A stretch of DNA of 64,000 bases from Nitrosopumilus sp. (GCA_965214775.1 OZ243974.1:2176001-2240000); one strand, 5' to 3'; positions 39,575 through 51,131 are shown, counted from the stretch's first letter. Numbers and translations are program-made. Notes: generated by a model from the letters alone, not told the origin.

Positions 39575-41323
39575 ATGGAAAACCAGCCAGATGACGTTTC
39601 AAACATACATAACAGGTTCTCCCTTACACTAATCAACCCGTCGTCGCATTATTTCTCACTAGTGGCATCATTGGTCATAGTGGCAGCAATCACGCTTACA
39701 GCATACTTTGCATATTTGCCAGACTTGGATTTTGATCAGGCTTGGCACAGGCTTCCGGCAGTTGCCGCGGTCTTGGTTTTGACCCAATTGCTGGATACCA
39801 GATTTACAAAGAAAAAAGAGTATTCAAAATCCCTCCATTCCTCACTGTTTGCAAACATGCTGTGGATTGCAACAATGCTGTTTGGACTGCTTGCAAGCGT
39901 GGTACTGGTCAAAGATACATCCTTGTTTTTCATCACTCTTGGAATGTTTCTTTTTGCAAGTTTTAGGATTGGAATCTACACCACAACGCTGGGTGCAAGC
40001 TTGAAGAAGGCCTGGGCCATCTGTTTTGTCCAGCCAATGGCGATGTTTCTGGCATTACTCCCGCAGGATCTGTGGATTCCAATGCTAAGCGACCCCCTTG
40101 CGCTGGGATACGGTATCTCGTTTTTGATTCTGGCAAGCGTGTGGTCTTTTATGACAGACAGGGCCGGCAGGCCAGGAATGCAAAGCACGCACAAAACAAT
40201 CCAGGCATATCTTGCATCACAGGGAAACGACTTTACAGATGCCGAAGAAATCATGGAAGACCGCTCTAGTGATGCCAGAGTATCAACGTCACAAATCAGG
40301 CTGTCCACGCCAAAAGGAGACAGGGAATTCAGGATGGTACTCCCTGAAATCCACCCCGGCCCATACCATCCTGTAGGCGGAAGCAACATTCCATATTTGA
40401 TATACAAAAACTTGGCATCATCTGCCATGGTCATGCACAGCATCTCTGATCATGCGCTAAATCTGCCATCAAGAAACGAGGTTGAAAATTATCTTAAAAG
40501 TTTGGAAAACAGCAAAATCAAGGAGGAAGGCCTGCAGTGCACAGAGCCAGTTACCGTTCAGATAAACAAATCCCGTGTGATTGGATTGCTGTTTGGAAAC
40601 AATCCCTTGCTCTTTTTGTCGCTGTCACCGCACGGAATGGAGGACATTCCAAGTTACATGAAAAACGAGATTGAGCAGTATGCAGAAAACAGAAATTACA
40701 AAAAGACAATGATCGTAGACTGTCATAATGCAATGGGCGAGGAGATCTCAAAAGAAGACGGCCAAGACATGCTAAAGGCGGCCAAATCCTGTCTGGACAC
40801 CCTGATTTCAAAGGAGATCTTCCCAATAGAATACGGATATGCAAATTCAGATGACATGGATGTCTGGACAGAAGATCTTGGAATGGGGGGACTGGGAGTC
40901 GTATGCCTGAAAATCAACAATAAAAAATACTTTTTTGGTTGGGCAGATGCCAACAACATGGAAAACGGGGTTCGAGAAAAAATCGTTGAAAACTTTGCAA
41001 AAAGGGACTGCCAACTACTAGAAATCTGCACGTCTGATACTCACTATCAGCCAGTCAAAGCCAGAAACAAGAACGGGTATTACCAACTCGGACTGATCAC
41101 GGGGGCAGACAAACTTTCAAAGTGGTTCTTGGAGATTGCAAGGAATGCAGAGTCCGGTGCGGCCACTGCAAAGTACGAAATCTTGGAAAATGAAACAAGC
41201 GTAAAAGTCATGGGCAAAGGAATTTTTGAAGACTATTCAAAGGCACTGGATAACTCGTTGAAGATCACAAAAGGTTTTGCCATTGGCGGATGTGTGTTGT
41301 TTGCAACTAGTCTTTTTCTATAG
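39575..41323 (+). CDS. DUF2070-family membrane protein
   Basis: N-terminal TM bundle; HPGP..VGGSN, DCHN, DANN, TSDTH. Confidence 0.85.
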   Translation: MENQPDDVSNIHNRFSLTLINPSSHYFSLVASLVIVAAITLTAYFAYLPDLDFDQAWHRLPAVAAVLVLTQLLDTRFTKKKEYSKSLHSSLFANMLWIATMLFGLLASVVLVKDTSLFFITLGMFLFASFRIGIYTTTLGASLKKAWAICFVQPMAMFLALLPQDLWIPMLSDPLALGYGISFLILASVWSFMTDRAGRPGMQSTHKTIQAYLASQGNDFTDAEEIMEDRSSDARVSTSQIRLSTPKGDREFRMVLPEIHPGPYHPVGGSNIPYLIYKNLASSAMVMHSISDHALNLPSRNEVENYLKSLENSKIKEEGLQCTEPVTVQINKSRVIGLLFGNNPLLFLSLSPHGMEDIPSYMKNEIEQYAENRNYKKTMIVDCHNAMGEEISKEDGQDMLKAAKSCLDTLISKEIFPIEYGYANSDDMDVWTEDLGMGGLGVVCLKINNKKYFFGWADANNMENGVREKIVENFAKRDCQLLEICTSDTHYQPVKARNKNGYYQLGLITGADKLSKWFLEIARNAESGAATAKYEILENETSVKVMGKGIFEDYSKALDNSLKITKGFAIGGCVLFATSLFL

Positions 41324-41942
41324 TCTGCATCTGGTCAATATTCCCATAAAACTCGTCAACAAACGAAGAAAACTGGAAAATCGGAACTATTGGGACTCTG
41401 TCTATAAAATCAATCTTGTCCTGATACAATGTCACGATTACAGGCACGGCAACGGCGCCTTCGGTCTTGGCAACATACTGCTTGGTTCGCCTGATCTGCT
41501 TGGATACAACGGTGGCAAGCGATGAGGGGCTGTGTCTCTTCCAGTGTTTGCAGTCAATCAGCATTGCGATGCCCAATCTGATTCCAACAACATCAATTTC
41601 CATGCGAGGCTTTGTCATCCTCATATTTTTTATCACGGCAAAGTTCTTGGATGAGAGTATCTCGCCGGTCAGCCCCTCAAAATCCCTCCAATCCAGGGAC
41701 TCGGAGATTTCGTCTATGGGAAACCCGTTTTCCAGCATGCTCAGCGAAATCTTTAGCCTTGCACCGGATTCAAAAAAATAAAACGAGTTTTCAAGCGAGC
41801 AAAAGCCATTCTCTGCAAGCATGTCCAGGATTGTCTCGCAATCAGGTTCAGGCAAGGACGTGGCAGCTGAGAAATCCTCGACAGTCACGCCGTCTTGAAT
41901 GATTCCCTTCAGCCCCAAAACCATCTTAGAGTGAAACTTCAT
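41307..41942 (-). CDS. Restriction-endonuclease-like (PD-(D/E)XK) protein with N-terminal wHTH
   Basis: WRDFEGL, EIDVVG, IDCKHW. Confidence 0.75.
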   Translation of the reverse strand: MKFHSKMVLGLKGIIQDGVTVEDFSAATSLPEPDCETILDMLAENGFCSLENSFYFFESGARLKISLSMLENGFPIDEISESLDWRDFEGLTGEILSSKNFAVIKNMRMTKPRMEIDVVGIRLGIAMLIDCKHWKRHSPSSLATVVSKQIRRTKQYVAKTEGAVAVPVIVTLYQDKIDFIDRVPIVPIFQFSSFVDEFYGNIDQMQTIEKD

Positions 41943-42043
41943 CTGATCAATATCGCCTACGGGACGATATAGGTTTTAGGAGGTGCCAAAGTCGGGGGGG
42001 AATCATAAAATAGATTTTATTACAAGCAAAACAAGCTGGGAAT

Positions 42044-44575
42044 ATGAAAAAAATGCTAGTGGTAATGACACTAGCTCTTCTGGCAGGCGGAGCCGTCTTT
42101 GAAGATTCCTTTTCGTCAGGTAAAAACTCTTTTTTTGACTCGGTGAAGTTCATCCAATATGTGGATGAAAACACGGCGCTTGAAGAAGTAAGAAACGGAA
42201 ATCTGGATTTGTACTATTATAGAATTTCTTCAGACAGGTTGGAGAATCGGCATGCACGGGACGGCTTGAATGTGTTTGACTCGACAGGGGGGTCATACAG
42301 CATTCTGGTCAACCCGGCCGAATCAGAAAAATTCAACCCGTTCTCAATCAGGGATGTCCGATTTGCGTTAAACTATCTGGTTGACAGGAAATTAATCGTC
42401 AATGAGCTGATGGGAGGGTATGGCTCGCCAATATCCTCGTATTATACTCCTGCAGATCCGGAGTTCCTGACGATTATCGGGGTACTCGAACAGTTCAATT
42501 TCAGATACAACCCAACACTTGCAAATGAAATGATTGAAGGGTCGTTGTCCAAGATAGGGGCGACAAAAGATGGCGGCATCTGGGAAATCAATTCAAAACC
42601 CATAGAAATTACTATGTTTATACGAAGCGATGACGCTGTAAGAAAGTCTATTGGGGAGTTGCTGTCAGCAGAACTAGAAAGATCCGGGTTTGTTGTCAAA
42701 AAGGAATTTGGCGATTTGAACAAGGCATTTGTCGTGGTTTATGGTTCAAATCCGGCTGATGTAAAATGGAACCTTTACACCGAGGGATGGGGCCGCTCGG
42801 CATTTGTAAAGTATGATTCGGTAGGACTGGGACAGATGTATTCCCCGTGGTTCTCTGCCATGCCGGGATTCAATGACCAGACATACTGGAATTATCAAAA
42901 TGAGAGGCTAGACTCGCTTACGCAAAAAATTTACACGGGAAATTTCAGCTCAGCCAAAGAAAGAACCCAGTTGATTCAAGAAGCGGTTTATGAGGGAGTC
43001 GGCGAGTCAGTAAGGGTGTTTTTGGCAAGTAAAATCGATCAGTATGTGGCAAACGAGGAAATTTCAGGGGTGGTAAATGATTTTGGGGCGGGAGTTCCAA
43101 GTCGATTTACGCCAATTAACGCCCAGGGAGGAGGAGGCAGCGGCAATCAGGAATTGACAATTGGCGTCAAGCAAATCTATCAGGGTGCATGGAATCCTGT
43201 GATGGGCCTGACAGACAGCTACAGTAACCACATATGGGGAATAGTATCAGATCCTGGAACGTTCAAGCATCCGTTTACCGGAGAAACAATCCCGATTAGA
43301 GCCGGCTGGGTTGTAGAGTCGGCAGGACCAAATGAAAAGCTAGAGATCCCCCCGGATGCAGAAATGTGGAACCCCGCATTGCAGAGCTGGGAAAAAGTCA
43401 GAGAAGGCAGCAAAGCTATTAGCAAGGTCACATTTGACTTTGAATTCGGAAATTGGCACAATGGCGTGGCAATGGACATCAATGACATCCTGCATTCGTT
43501 GTATTTTACAGTAGAGTGGGGGACTCAAACTGACGAGAATGACAAAACGTTTGACACCGAATTTACCCCAAGGGCGACGCAAAGCATCCAGACGATTAAA
43601 GGAATCAACCAGGTCGACGAGGACACAATAGAAGTTTTTGTGGACTATTGGCATTTTGATGAGGGGGAAATAGCTGACTGGGCAGTATTGTGGAGTACTG
43701 TTCCCTTGGAGATAACTGCCGCCATGGAAAAAGCAGTGATAGAAGGGAAAACCTCCTTCTCAAGATCCGGGGCTACAAGCAAAAACATCAGCTGGCTTTC
43801 ACTGATCATCCCAAACGACGCATATCTGATAAAAAACAACCTGGACGAATTTGCAAAAAACAGCCACGTTCCCAAAGCCTTTGAGAACAAGGATGTGGAT
43901 TCGGCGTATCTCCACAACAGGTATGACGCATCAAGCAAGTGGATAGAAAAAAACAATCACGCCGTAATTAGCAACGGTCCATTTTATCTAAAGTCTTATT
44001 CTCCGGAATCTAGGACCATTCTTGTTCAGGCATTTTCAGACGAGTCATACCCGTTTAGTGCAGGAAGGTGGTCAAATTTTGAAAAACCGGATTTTCCCAT
44101 TATAGAAGGCGTCGATTCCAAGGACATCCTCAATCAGGATTCAGAGTCGGTGATAACTGTCAAAACGTCAAATTCGGATTCGATTTTATATTTTCTGACA
44201 AATGGTCGGGGGGAGCTAGTCACGTCCAATCATATTAAGAATATCGACAAGGAAACAACCATCAAACTAAGTGCAGAGGAGATAAAAAGCTTGGATGTTG
44301 GTGCCAACAGCATCAAAATTTTTGCGATTTCAAACTCTGTTCTCAAGCCAGATTTTTACGAAACAAGCTTCATCTTGTCGTCTTCAGAAACAGAGTTGCC
44401 TGAAAATACGGCTTTAGAAACCAGTGAGACAGTTGAGAGTCAGGACCATGCATTTCTGGCAGGAGCAGCAGCAGCAACAGTAGTAGTAGTAATGGCAATA
44501 ATGGTTCTGGGCATCATAATTGCCGGAATGGCAATCCGCATGAGGAAGAATAAAAAAAATCACGCCAAACCATAG
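42044..44575 (+). CDS. ABC transporter substrate-binding protein (family 5, peptide/nickel type)
   Basis: NPFS..VRFALNYLVDR, WHNG..DINDI, SNGPFYL; C-terminal TM anchor. Confidence 0.88.
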   Translation: MKKMLVVMTLALLAGGAVFEDSFSSGKNSFFDSVKFIQYVDENTALEEVRNGNLDLYYYRISSDRLENRHARDGLNVFDSTGGSYSILVNPAESEKFNPFSIRDVRFALNYLVDRKLIVNELMGGYGSPISSYYTPADPEFLTIIGVLEQFNFRYNPTLANEMIEGSLSKIGATKDGGIWEINSKPIEITMFIRSDDAVRKSIGELLSAELERSGFVVKKEFGDLNKAFVVVYGSNPADVKWNLYTEGWGRSAFVKYDSVGLGQMYSPWFSAMPGFNDQTYWNYQNERLDSLTQKIYTGNFSSAKERTQLIQEAVYEGVGESVRVFLASKIDQYVANEEISGVVNDFGAGVPSRFTPINAQGGGGSGNQELTIGVKQIYQGAWNPVMGLTDSYSNHIWGIVSDPGTFKHPFTGETIPIRAGWVVESAGPNEKLEIPPDAEMWNPALQSWEKVREGSKAISKVTFDFEFGNWHNGVAMDINDILHSLYFTVEWGTQTDENDKTFDTEFTPRATQSIQTIKGINQVDEDTIEVFVDYWHFDEGEIADWAVLWSTVPLEITAAMEKAVIEGKTSFSRSGATSKNISWLSLIIPNDAYLIKNNLDEFAKNSHVPKAFENKDVDSAYLHNRYDASSKWIEKNNHAVISNGPFYLKSYSPESRTILVQAFSDESYPFSAGRWSNFEKPDFPIIEGVDSKDILNQDSESVITVKTSNSDSILYFLTNGRGELVTSNHIKNIDKETTIKLSAEEIKSLDVGANSIKIFAISNSVLKPDFYETSFILSSSETELPENTALETSETVESQDHAFLAGAAAATVVVVMAIMVLGIIIAGMAIRMRKNKKNHAKP

Positions 44576-45051
44576 TCGCGTAAAATGCGTTCAACGTCGC
44601 CTTCTTTTTTGGCACTGGCATAGTCGCGCAAGAGATTCTGGTTTAATTCATAAAAAGTATGCCCCCACTTGAATTTGTCAAGCAGTTTGAGACTTTGCCG
44701 TGCAAATCCAAGAATAAACAAGCTGGCAGAAATGGCCTCCACGGTTGTCAGTCTGTCGAGCTTTGCGTAATTTACGGGGTTTCCGGCAAGAAGGGGAGGC
44801 AGTCTGCGTCTGACTCCGTTAAATTTTTTTGAAAATGCCCGTTCTGCAAGCCTCCAAGAACAGTCAATTCCGACAATTGAGGATGCGGAGTTTCTGTCCT
44901 GAGGCAAGAGGCATCTCTCTGAAAAAGGATCCAAAACCAAGCTCTTGCTGCCGATTTTTTTAATGCCTTGTACGAGTCCAAATTTTACCATTTTGGCGGC
45001 CGTACATTTTTTTGGATCATCCTGATAAAACATCAGAACTTGCAGTCTCAT
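44560..45051 (-). CDS. tsr3: rRNA aminocarboxypropyltransferase Tsr3 (DUF367)
   Basis: QDDPKKCT, DCSW, RRLPPLLAGNPVNY, FKWG. Confidence 0.93.
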   Translation of the reverse strand: MRLQVLMFYQDDPKKCTAAKMVKFGLVQGIKKIGSKSLVLDPFSERCLLPQDRNSASSIVGIDCSWRLAERAFSKKFNGVRRRLPPLLAGNPVNYAKLDRLTTVEAISASLFILGFARQSLKLLDKFKWGHTFYELNQNLLRDYASAKKEGDVERILRDYGLA

Positions 45052-45156
45052 GTTCTCTGGGAAAATCAGAGGGTATTTTGCAGTTACTCTGGGGATTTGC
45101 AGGTGGTCTTGCGGCAGATGCATGGTCTCCCGGGGCGGTTTGACTATGTCAGGAGG

Positions 45157-48100
45157 CTACTCTGTGGATTTGTATGTGATCTTGTAGTAAAATCTAGAGA
45201 CTTGATCTTCTTCTTCTTTGATTATCTCGACATTCCACTCTGCATCAGGCAGGAATGCGATGGTGGATTCTGGCAGTATGCTGAACTTCTCTAGGCGTGT
45301 ATCCGGACCGCTATACCTGACATTGAGACTCATCCCGTCAACTTTTACAACGTCATAGATTTGTCCCGGCTTTCTGGTGGATTCACGAACAAGACACTCG
45401 GCGTCAGGCCCTATGAGGCAGACCCCTGAAGCAGTGGAAACCTTGAGATTTACGCCATCTGAGTCATTTCTGTCAGGGGTAATCAAGGAACCAGAAACAA
45501 CCCTGGGTGCAATACTGTTGAAATCAACGATTTTTTCTTCGGCAAGTATGTGAACGGTACTTTCGGAGATCCTGTTTTGCTTTTCAATTATCGTGTCTAA
45601 TTTTGGGACTGCCGGCCTTTCTACGACATCAAACTGTATTGACTTGGCACCAAAACCCGCACCAACTATTATTTCATAGGGGCCGATTGATGACGGGGAA
45701 TCGTCAATCATCAGCTCATGAACAAATGAGCCAGACGGACTGGGCAAAATTGATGTGACTGGCCCGACATTCTCCCCGCAATAAAACGAGTCGCATGTAG
45801 TAAAGTCCTCTGGCTGCTGAATTAAGCTTAGATCAAACTTCTCCAGATAAACCAGCTTTGAAGGCTTTCCTGTGACAATGACGGTATCGCCGGGATGATA
45901 TTCGGACTTGTCAGTGGACAGTAATAACTCCAGTTGAACATCAGATCCAAAGAGAAAATCATTTACCACGCTAAATGTGGATTGGGCAGAAGCTGATTGG
46001 TAGCTTGCTTTTACGGTATACTTGCCTTCGGGGAAGATGGTTGCAGGCAGTTCAAAGAAGCTGGCAAAATCTCCTCCCTGGTCTGGATAGACCTGGGATT
46101 CGTGAATTTGCCTGTATGGGAATGTTCCGTCTAGTACCTTGAGAGTGACTCGATGAGGTACTTTGATTCCTTCATCGCTCTGCTCTACAACCATTACGTT
46201 TCCTGTTACGAGAAGCCTTTCACCGACTTTGTAGATGGATTTTTCAGTTTCCACAACAATTGGTTCTTGAGGCAGTGAGTAGTTTGCAGGATCCTCTGAA
46301 ACCTTGAAGAAAATGTTTTTGCTGTATGAATCAGCAGAGACTAGAATTCTGTAAACGCCAAAGTTAGAGGTGTTTCCTTCTCTGCCCTCGTCAGATTTGA
46401 TGTTTTGGTATTTTTCTGATATTGGGGTGGTCCATGACCAAGTAAATCGCTGATTATCGACAGATGCGCCAGAATTTGTCCTGGTGCCGTCGGGTCGAAT
46501 AAGCGAGATGTCGACGGAGCGCTCACCGGCAGGCGGAATAATTCCAGTCAAAGTGACCTGCTCGCCCAACCCGTAAACTTCCTTGTCAGTAGAAATCAAC
46601 GCGCCGCCATCAAGATTTAGGGAGTCAGCAACTGCAAAGGAAGCAGTCGCAACATGTTCTTGGTATTCAGATTTTACAACATAGTTTCCTTCGGGGAAAA
46701 TATTTTGTGTGATTCCAATGGATGCCGAATAACTTCCCGAGGCTTCGGGAATTGCGGTAAAATCATACCCGATAACTACCCCGTCAGAACGCAGTGACCG
46801 CTCACCCTTGCCCAATCCGATGATTTCCAGCGGGGTTCCGTCTTCATGAGTAACTGTAATTTCGACAAAAGCGCCTGTAGAATAGCTGGAATTTCCAAAC
46901 GGATCCTTTACAAAGCCGCTCACAACGATTTCATCGCCTATATCGTAAAGCTGGCTGTCAGTTTGAACAGTTATTGGATCAGCGGATGCTACAAAAGCGC
47001 CTGGATCCTCCACTGCTGAAACGATTGCTGTTGCTGCGCCAACGTCTTTGGAGACCGTTATCTTGTAATCGCCATACCTGCCTGGGTTGTCTGGAATTAC
47101 AAACGAATATTCAAACGTCCCGTCACCATTGATTTGAAGCCCGTCTAAAATTTTGAAGCTAGAGTCACTTGTAGCAGAAATCGAGGTTTGTTTGGTTTGG
47201 ACGACTTCTAAATCAAGCGTGCTAATCCAGACATCGTTTAACCTGCCTGTGATTTGAACGGTGTCCCCCAAGGCATATGCAGGACTGTCAGTCCACAATG
47301 AAATCGGGACGTCCTCTTTGAAATCCTCAACTACTTCAAACGTGCTTGAGGTGGATTGGCCATGGTACTGTGCGTTAATCGTATATTCGCCAAAGCTGGG
47401 ATTGACAGTCGTTACAAAGAGTCTGGTCTTAAATTCACCATCGACTGGAAACAACGTGCCCTGAGAAACCAGTTCTCCGGCACCGTCAGTTACGGTAAAA
47501 GACATTCCCTCAAATGGAATAATATCAGTTGCAAAGCCGGTAATAGTTACAGACTCGCCTGGAATGTACTGGGATTTATCAGAAACCATTCCCAATTCAG
47601 AATCTTCTGGTTCTTCGGTTTCAGCTGTTTCAAAGCCGACATTAAACGATGCCGATGCGTCTGCTCCTGCATAAGATGCAGTCACGTCATATGTTCCCTC
47701 GTTAATTCCAAGAACCTGGTGAAGGGTCAACGTTGCCTCGTAACTAAGATTTAGATCAGGATAGAGAGTCAAAACGTCATTGTAGTTTGGGCCGGATATT
47801 GCCAGAGTGATGGACTCTGGTTTGAAAAACGGCTTTTCGACAAAAACCTTTTCTGATACGGAACCAAAAATAACGGCAGTCTCTCCAAACAAGTAAGAAG
47901 GTTTTTCAGCATCAAGAGTTATCGTAATCCCCTCTGATTTTTGCGTTTCAACTAACTTTCCATTAGAAGAACCAGCTGTTGATGTGGCAAACTTCCAACC
48001 ATCTGCACCATCAAGATCAAAACCGTCGTAGATTCTTTGCCATGATGAAAGATCGTTTTGACTATCGGCAACTAGGGGGGTCTTGTCAATTACAACCCCG

Positions 48101-48441
48101 CTTTCATCACGCAGCTCTACTGATTCGTTTGAATCTGTGAACCATAAATTTTGATAGGAATAAGTCAGAAACTGTCCCGGTTCAATCATCGTTCCCTCGG
48201 GAACCGTCATTGTCTTCTTTAAGACAGTCGTTGATGCAATCTGCCATCCGCCTAAATCAATTGCAGAATCAGTCGGATTGTACAGCTCGACCCATTCGGA
48301 GACAGTCGTGGCATCGTCCCCTGGAGGATTTGTATCCACTTCGTTAATTACGACATTGTCTGAGGACTGGGCAAATGCAGGAGGAACCGTCAATCCTGCA
48401 GCTAGCAACAGTAATGAAAGTATGGCACACATGTTTTTCAT
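45157..48441 (-). CDS. Secreted lamin-tail-domain protein with repeated Ig-like modules
   Basis: VVINEV..EWVELYNPT..IDLGGW; repeated TDK..Y..G-D/E-x-V-x-I-T-G units. Confidence 0.85.
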   Translation of the reverse strand: MKNMCAILSLLLLAAGLTVPPAFAQSSDNVVINEVDTNPPGDDATTVSEWVELYNPTDSAIDLGGWQIASTTVLKKTMTVPEGTMIEPGQFLTYSYQNLWFTDSNESVELRDESGVVIDKTPLVADSQNDLSSWQRIYDGFDLDGADGWKFATSTAGSSNGKLVETQKSEGITITLDAEKPSYLFGETAVIFGSVSEKVFVEKPFFKPESITLAISGPNYNDVLTLYPDLNLSYEATLTLHQVLGINEGTYDVTASYAGADASASFNVGFETAETEEPEDSELGMVSDKSQYIPGESVTITGFATDIIPFEGMSFTVTDGAGELVSQGTLFPVDGEFKTRLFVTTVNPSFGEYTINAQYHGQSTSSTFEVVEDFKEDVPISLWTDSPAYALGDTVQITGRLNDVWISTLDLEVVQTKQTSISATSDSSFKILDGLQINGDGTFEYSFVIPDNPGRYGDYKITVSKDVGAATAIVSAVEDPGAFVASADPITVQTDSQLYDIGDEIVVSGFVKDPFGNSSYSTGAFVEITVTHEDGTPLEIIGLGKGERSLRSDGVVIGYDFTAIPEASGSYSASIGITQNIFPEGNYVVKSEYQEHVATASFAVADSLNLDGGALISTDKEVYGLGEQVTLTGIIPPAGERSVDISLIRPDGTRTNSGASVDNQRFTWSWTTPISEKYQNIKSDEGREGNTSNFGVYRILVSADSYSKNIFFKVSEDPANYSLPQEPIVVETEKSIYKVGERLLVTGNVMVVEQSDEGIKVPHRVTLKVLDGTFPYRQIHESQVYPDQGGDFASFFELPATIFPEGKYTVKASYQSASAQSTFSVVNDFLFGSDVQLELLLSTDKSEYHPGDTVIVTGKPSKLVYLEKFDLSLIQQPEDFTTCDSFYCGENVGPVTSILPSPSGSFVHELMIDDSPSSIGPYEIIVGAGFGAKSIQFDVVERPAVPKLDTIIEKQNRISESTVHILAEEKIVDFNSIAPRVVSGSLITPDRNDSDGVNLKVSTASGVCLIGPDAECLVRESTRKPGQIYDVVKVDGMSLNVRYSGPDTRLEKFSILPESTIAFLPDAEWNVEIIKEEEDQVSRFYYKITYKSTE

Positions 48442-48581
48442 TGCGATCTCCTGATTTTTCTGCCTAAAAGACCCATTTTAGAATGGGATTGAGGAAAAGT
48501 TGAGCTTGTTGTTAAAGTCCTATATCTCAAGTTCATGTATATTTTTGGATTTTTTACGTTTTAAAAAGCCGTGCGTAGAAA

Positions 48582-48827
48582 TCATTCCTGCGAACCGCAA
48601 TTTGGGCATTTTTTATTCCGTACAGGGCCCCCACACTCCATACAGAGTCCCTCCTTGCCGACATGTTTTTCAATAGATTGCTTGCGCTTTTCAACATAGA
48701 ATTTGATTCCAAAATACATCAATGAGACAATAACTGCGGCATAAAACGGGGACATGAACGGAATCAATCCGATCATAAAAAGCAGCAATCCTGCAACTAG
48801 AACTGCGTCACGTCTTTCAAATTTCAC
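48582..48827 (-). CDS. Small membrane protein with C-terminal zinc ribbon
   Basis: Two TM helices, CMECG..CPNC. Confidence 0.7.
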   Translation of the reverse strand: MKFERRDAVLVAGLLLFMIGLIPFMSPFYAAVIVSLMYFGIKFYVEKRKQSIEKHVGKEGLCMECGGPVRNKKCPNCGSQE

Positions 48828-48970
48828 TAGATCAGGGATGTTTCAGAATTGATAAAAACGTGCCGGAGCTCAGAGCCAATTGGTTGTTACTTCATATGGT
48901 AGTCATCACTCTAACTCTTCTTCATTGCTCGGCATGTAAAATAGGGGATAATTCGATAATAAGATGGTGG

Positions 48971-49047
48971 TGGTGGGACCGGCGAGATTTGAACGCGCGA
49001 CCTCTGCGTCCCAAACGCAGAATCATACCAAGCTAGACTACGATCCC
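48971..49047 (-). tRNA. tRNA-Pro(TGG), intronless, CCA encoded
   Basis: GGGATCG/CGGTCCC acceptor stem, anticodon arm CTGCG-TTTGGGA-CGCAG, GTTCAAAT T-loop. Confidence 0.95.
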
Positions 49048-49183
49048 AGTAAACCCAAAGAATAGTCCAATTTAAGCCTCACAGATTTTTAAAAATACGG
49101 CAAAAATCATTAAATTTCAAGATCAAGAATACTCCAAAACAACTCTTGGAATTCTTTGCTTCAGACATCATCATCAACGTGCC

Positions 49184-49284
49184 AGGTCGGACTCTGGGAG
49201 CTCAGGCATGAATTTTGCTGCCAGCAAATACCGATCAAAGAAAATCTGTGGCCAAAATCAGAAACGACTTTCAGACACCAGCCT
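49184..49284. mobile_element. MITE family M3, degenerate copy
   Basis: Aligns with 61942-62042 (AGGTCGG.CTCTGG.AG.TCAGGCATGAATTTTG). Confidence 0.65.
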
Positions 49285-49863
49285 GTTACTCAAACTCCGA
49301 CTGGTGTCTCTTCAACAGGTTTTTCATTTGCATCATCATAAAAGCAGCAACAGTAGGACTTGGCCCAACCGGCCAAATTCGTTGAATGTAACCATTCCAG
49401 ATTCCGGTTTGGGGTACAACGTCAGATCCACCGTAAAATCAGGCGCAAACAGGAATCGGATAAATGTTTTACGACTAAAAAATTGAGGAGCTGACATTGT
49501 ACAGTTTGGGCATTAAAAACATCTGAAAAAAAAAATCCGATTTTTTCCATATGTCAAAAAAGCGCAAATTCTACAGTTGCACTGTCTCCGGTAATTAGAA
49601 CCGGAGTGCTGCTGGAAAATCTAATAACCCATGACTGCAAATATGACATGCACAGGAATGCGGCGCGAGGGACATGGCAATCAAGATCCCGGCAGGCAGT
49701 GCCGCCTAGGGGCAAACCATTCCTCATTATTGGGGACTTGCGTTAATACGTGGCATTACTTGTACAAATCGAACAGACGCCAGGTTTCCCCAAGCCATCT
49801 CGGGAAAGGAACCGGACCGATGATCAGATAATCATTTTAAAGGCAAGAAAATTATTCAAAAAC

Positions 49864-50760
49864 GTGCAAATAGAAGACTATCAAAAGGCCGGAAAGGTTG
49901 CAGGCGAGGTCCGTGAAATGGCCAGATCAAAAGATTGGATTGGAAAAACGGTTTACGAAATTTGTGAGGAAATCGAATCGGAAATTCAAAAACGGGGAGC
50001 TAAATGCGCATTTCCAGTAAATACCAGCATCAACGAGGTTGCCGCACACTATACGGCAGAACCCGGTGATCCCTTGACGATAAAAGATTCAGATCTGCTA
50101 AAAATCGATCTGGGCGCACAGGTTAACGGACACATTGCAGATACTGCCGTCACTGTTTGCTATGATGTGCAATTTGACGGACTGGTTCAGGCAGCAGAAG
50201 AATCTCTTAGAAACGCAATGTCCATGATAAAATCAGGAGTCAAGGCAAGTGACATCGGCAGGAAAATTGAAACCACGATTAAGCAAATGGGATTCAAACC
50301 TATTGCAAATCTTAGCGGACATTCTCTGGACCAATACACCATTCACGCCGGAAAATCAATTCCAAACGTATGGTCCATTGGGGGGTTTTCCTTGTCAGGC
50401 AATTCTGCGTATGCATGTGAGCCGTTTGTAACTACCTCTGAAGGGGGAGGATTTGTAAGAAATGGACAGATAAAGAACATCTTTGCCTTAAACTCTAGAA
50501 AGAAAACAAAGGATTCTGAAGCAGATGAATTGTTGGATTTCATTTGGGAGAATTTCAACATGCTTCCATTTGCATTAAGATGGATTACAAGGAAATACGA
50601 ATTCAAAAAGGCAAAGGAACTTTTGGATTTCCTGGTAAAGAAGAAAGCTGTCAAGGCATATCCGATCCTACTCGAAATAAACGGGCAGAGGGTTGCTCAG
50701 GCAGAACACACGTTCATTCCTAATGAGAATGGGGTCACAGTTACAACTGCAGCCCCATGA
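49864..50760 (+). CDS. map: Methionine aminopeptidase type II
   Basis: AFPVN.S.NEVAAHYT, KIDLG, IADTA, NLSGH, AQAEHT. Confidence 0.95.
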   Translation: MQIEDYQKAGKVAGEVREMARSKDWIGKTVYEICEEIESEIQKRGAKCAFPVNTSINEVAAHYTAEPGDPLTIKDSDLLKIDLGAQVNGHIADTAVTVCYDVQFDGLVQAAEESLRNAMSMIKSGVKASDIGRKIETTIKQMGFKPIANLSGHSLDQYTIHAGKSIPNVWSIGGFSLSGNSAYACEPFVTTSEGGGFVRNGQIKNIFALNSRKKTKDSEADELLDFIWENFNMLPFALRWITRKYEFKKAKELLDFLVKKKAVKAYPILLEINGQRVAQAEHTFIPNENGVTVTTAAP

Positions 50761-51131
50761 TGATCAATTAGAGAAAAGATGGGTGAAGAAATTAGGCCAT
50801 GCCCAAATGCAGGGATTGACGTTTTTCAGTCAGCGTGAAGGGGAAGAAGAAGAGCAGGAACAGTATGAAGACATCACTTGGTTTTGTCTTTTGCGCGATA
50901 TAAAATTCAATGCAGAATGGCCGTTGTTACCATTGCTACCGTTACCATCACTATTGCTCGAGTGTCTGACCATAGATTTTCTCTATCAACATTGTTCCCT
51001 CGCAGGACAAACAACCAGAGGACTCTGAAAATAAAATATCGCCTTTGGCGAACTCTCGTTTTTTTACTGTCTCACATTTGGGGCATTTCTCAACCGTATA
51101 TGCAATTGTGATTTTTTTCTTGGAGAACATG

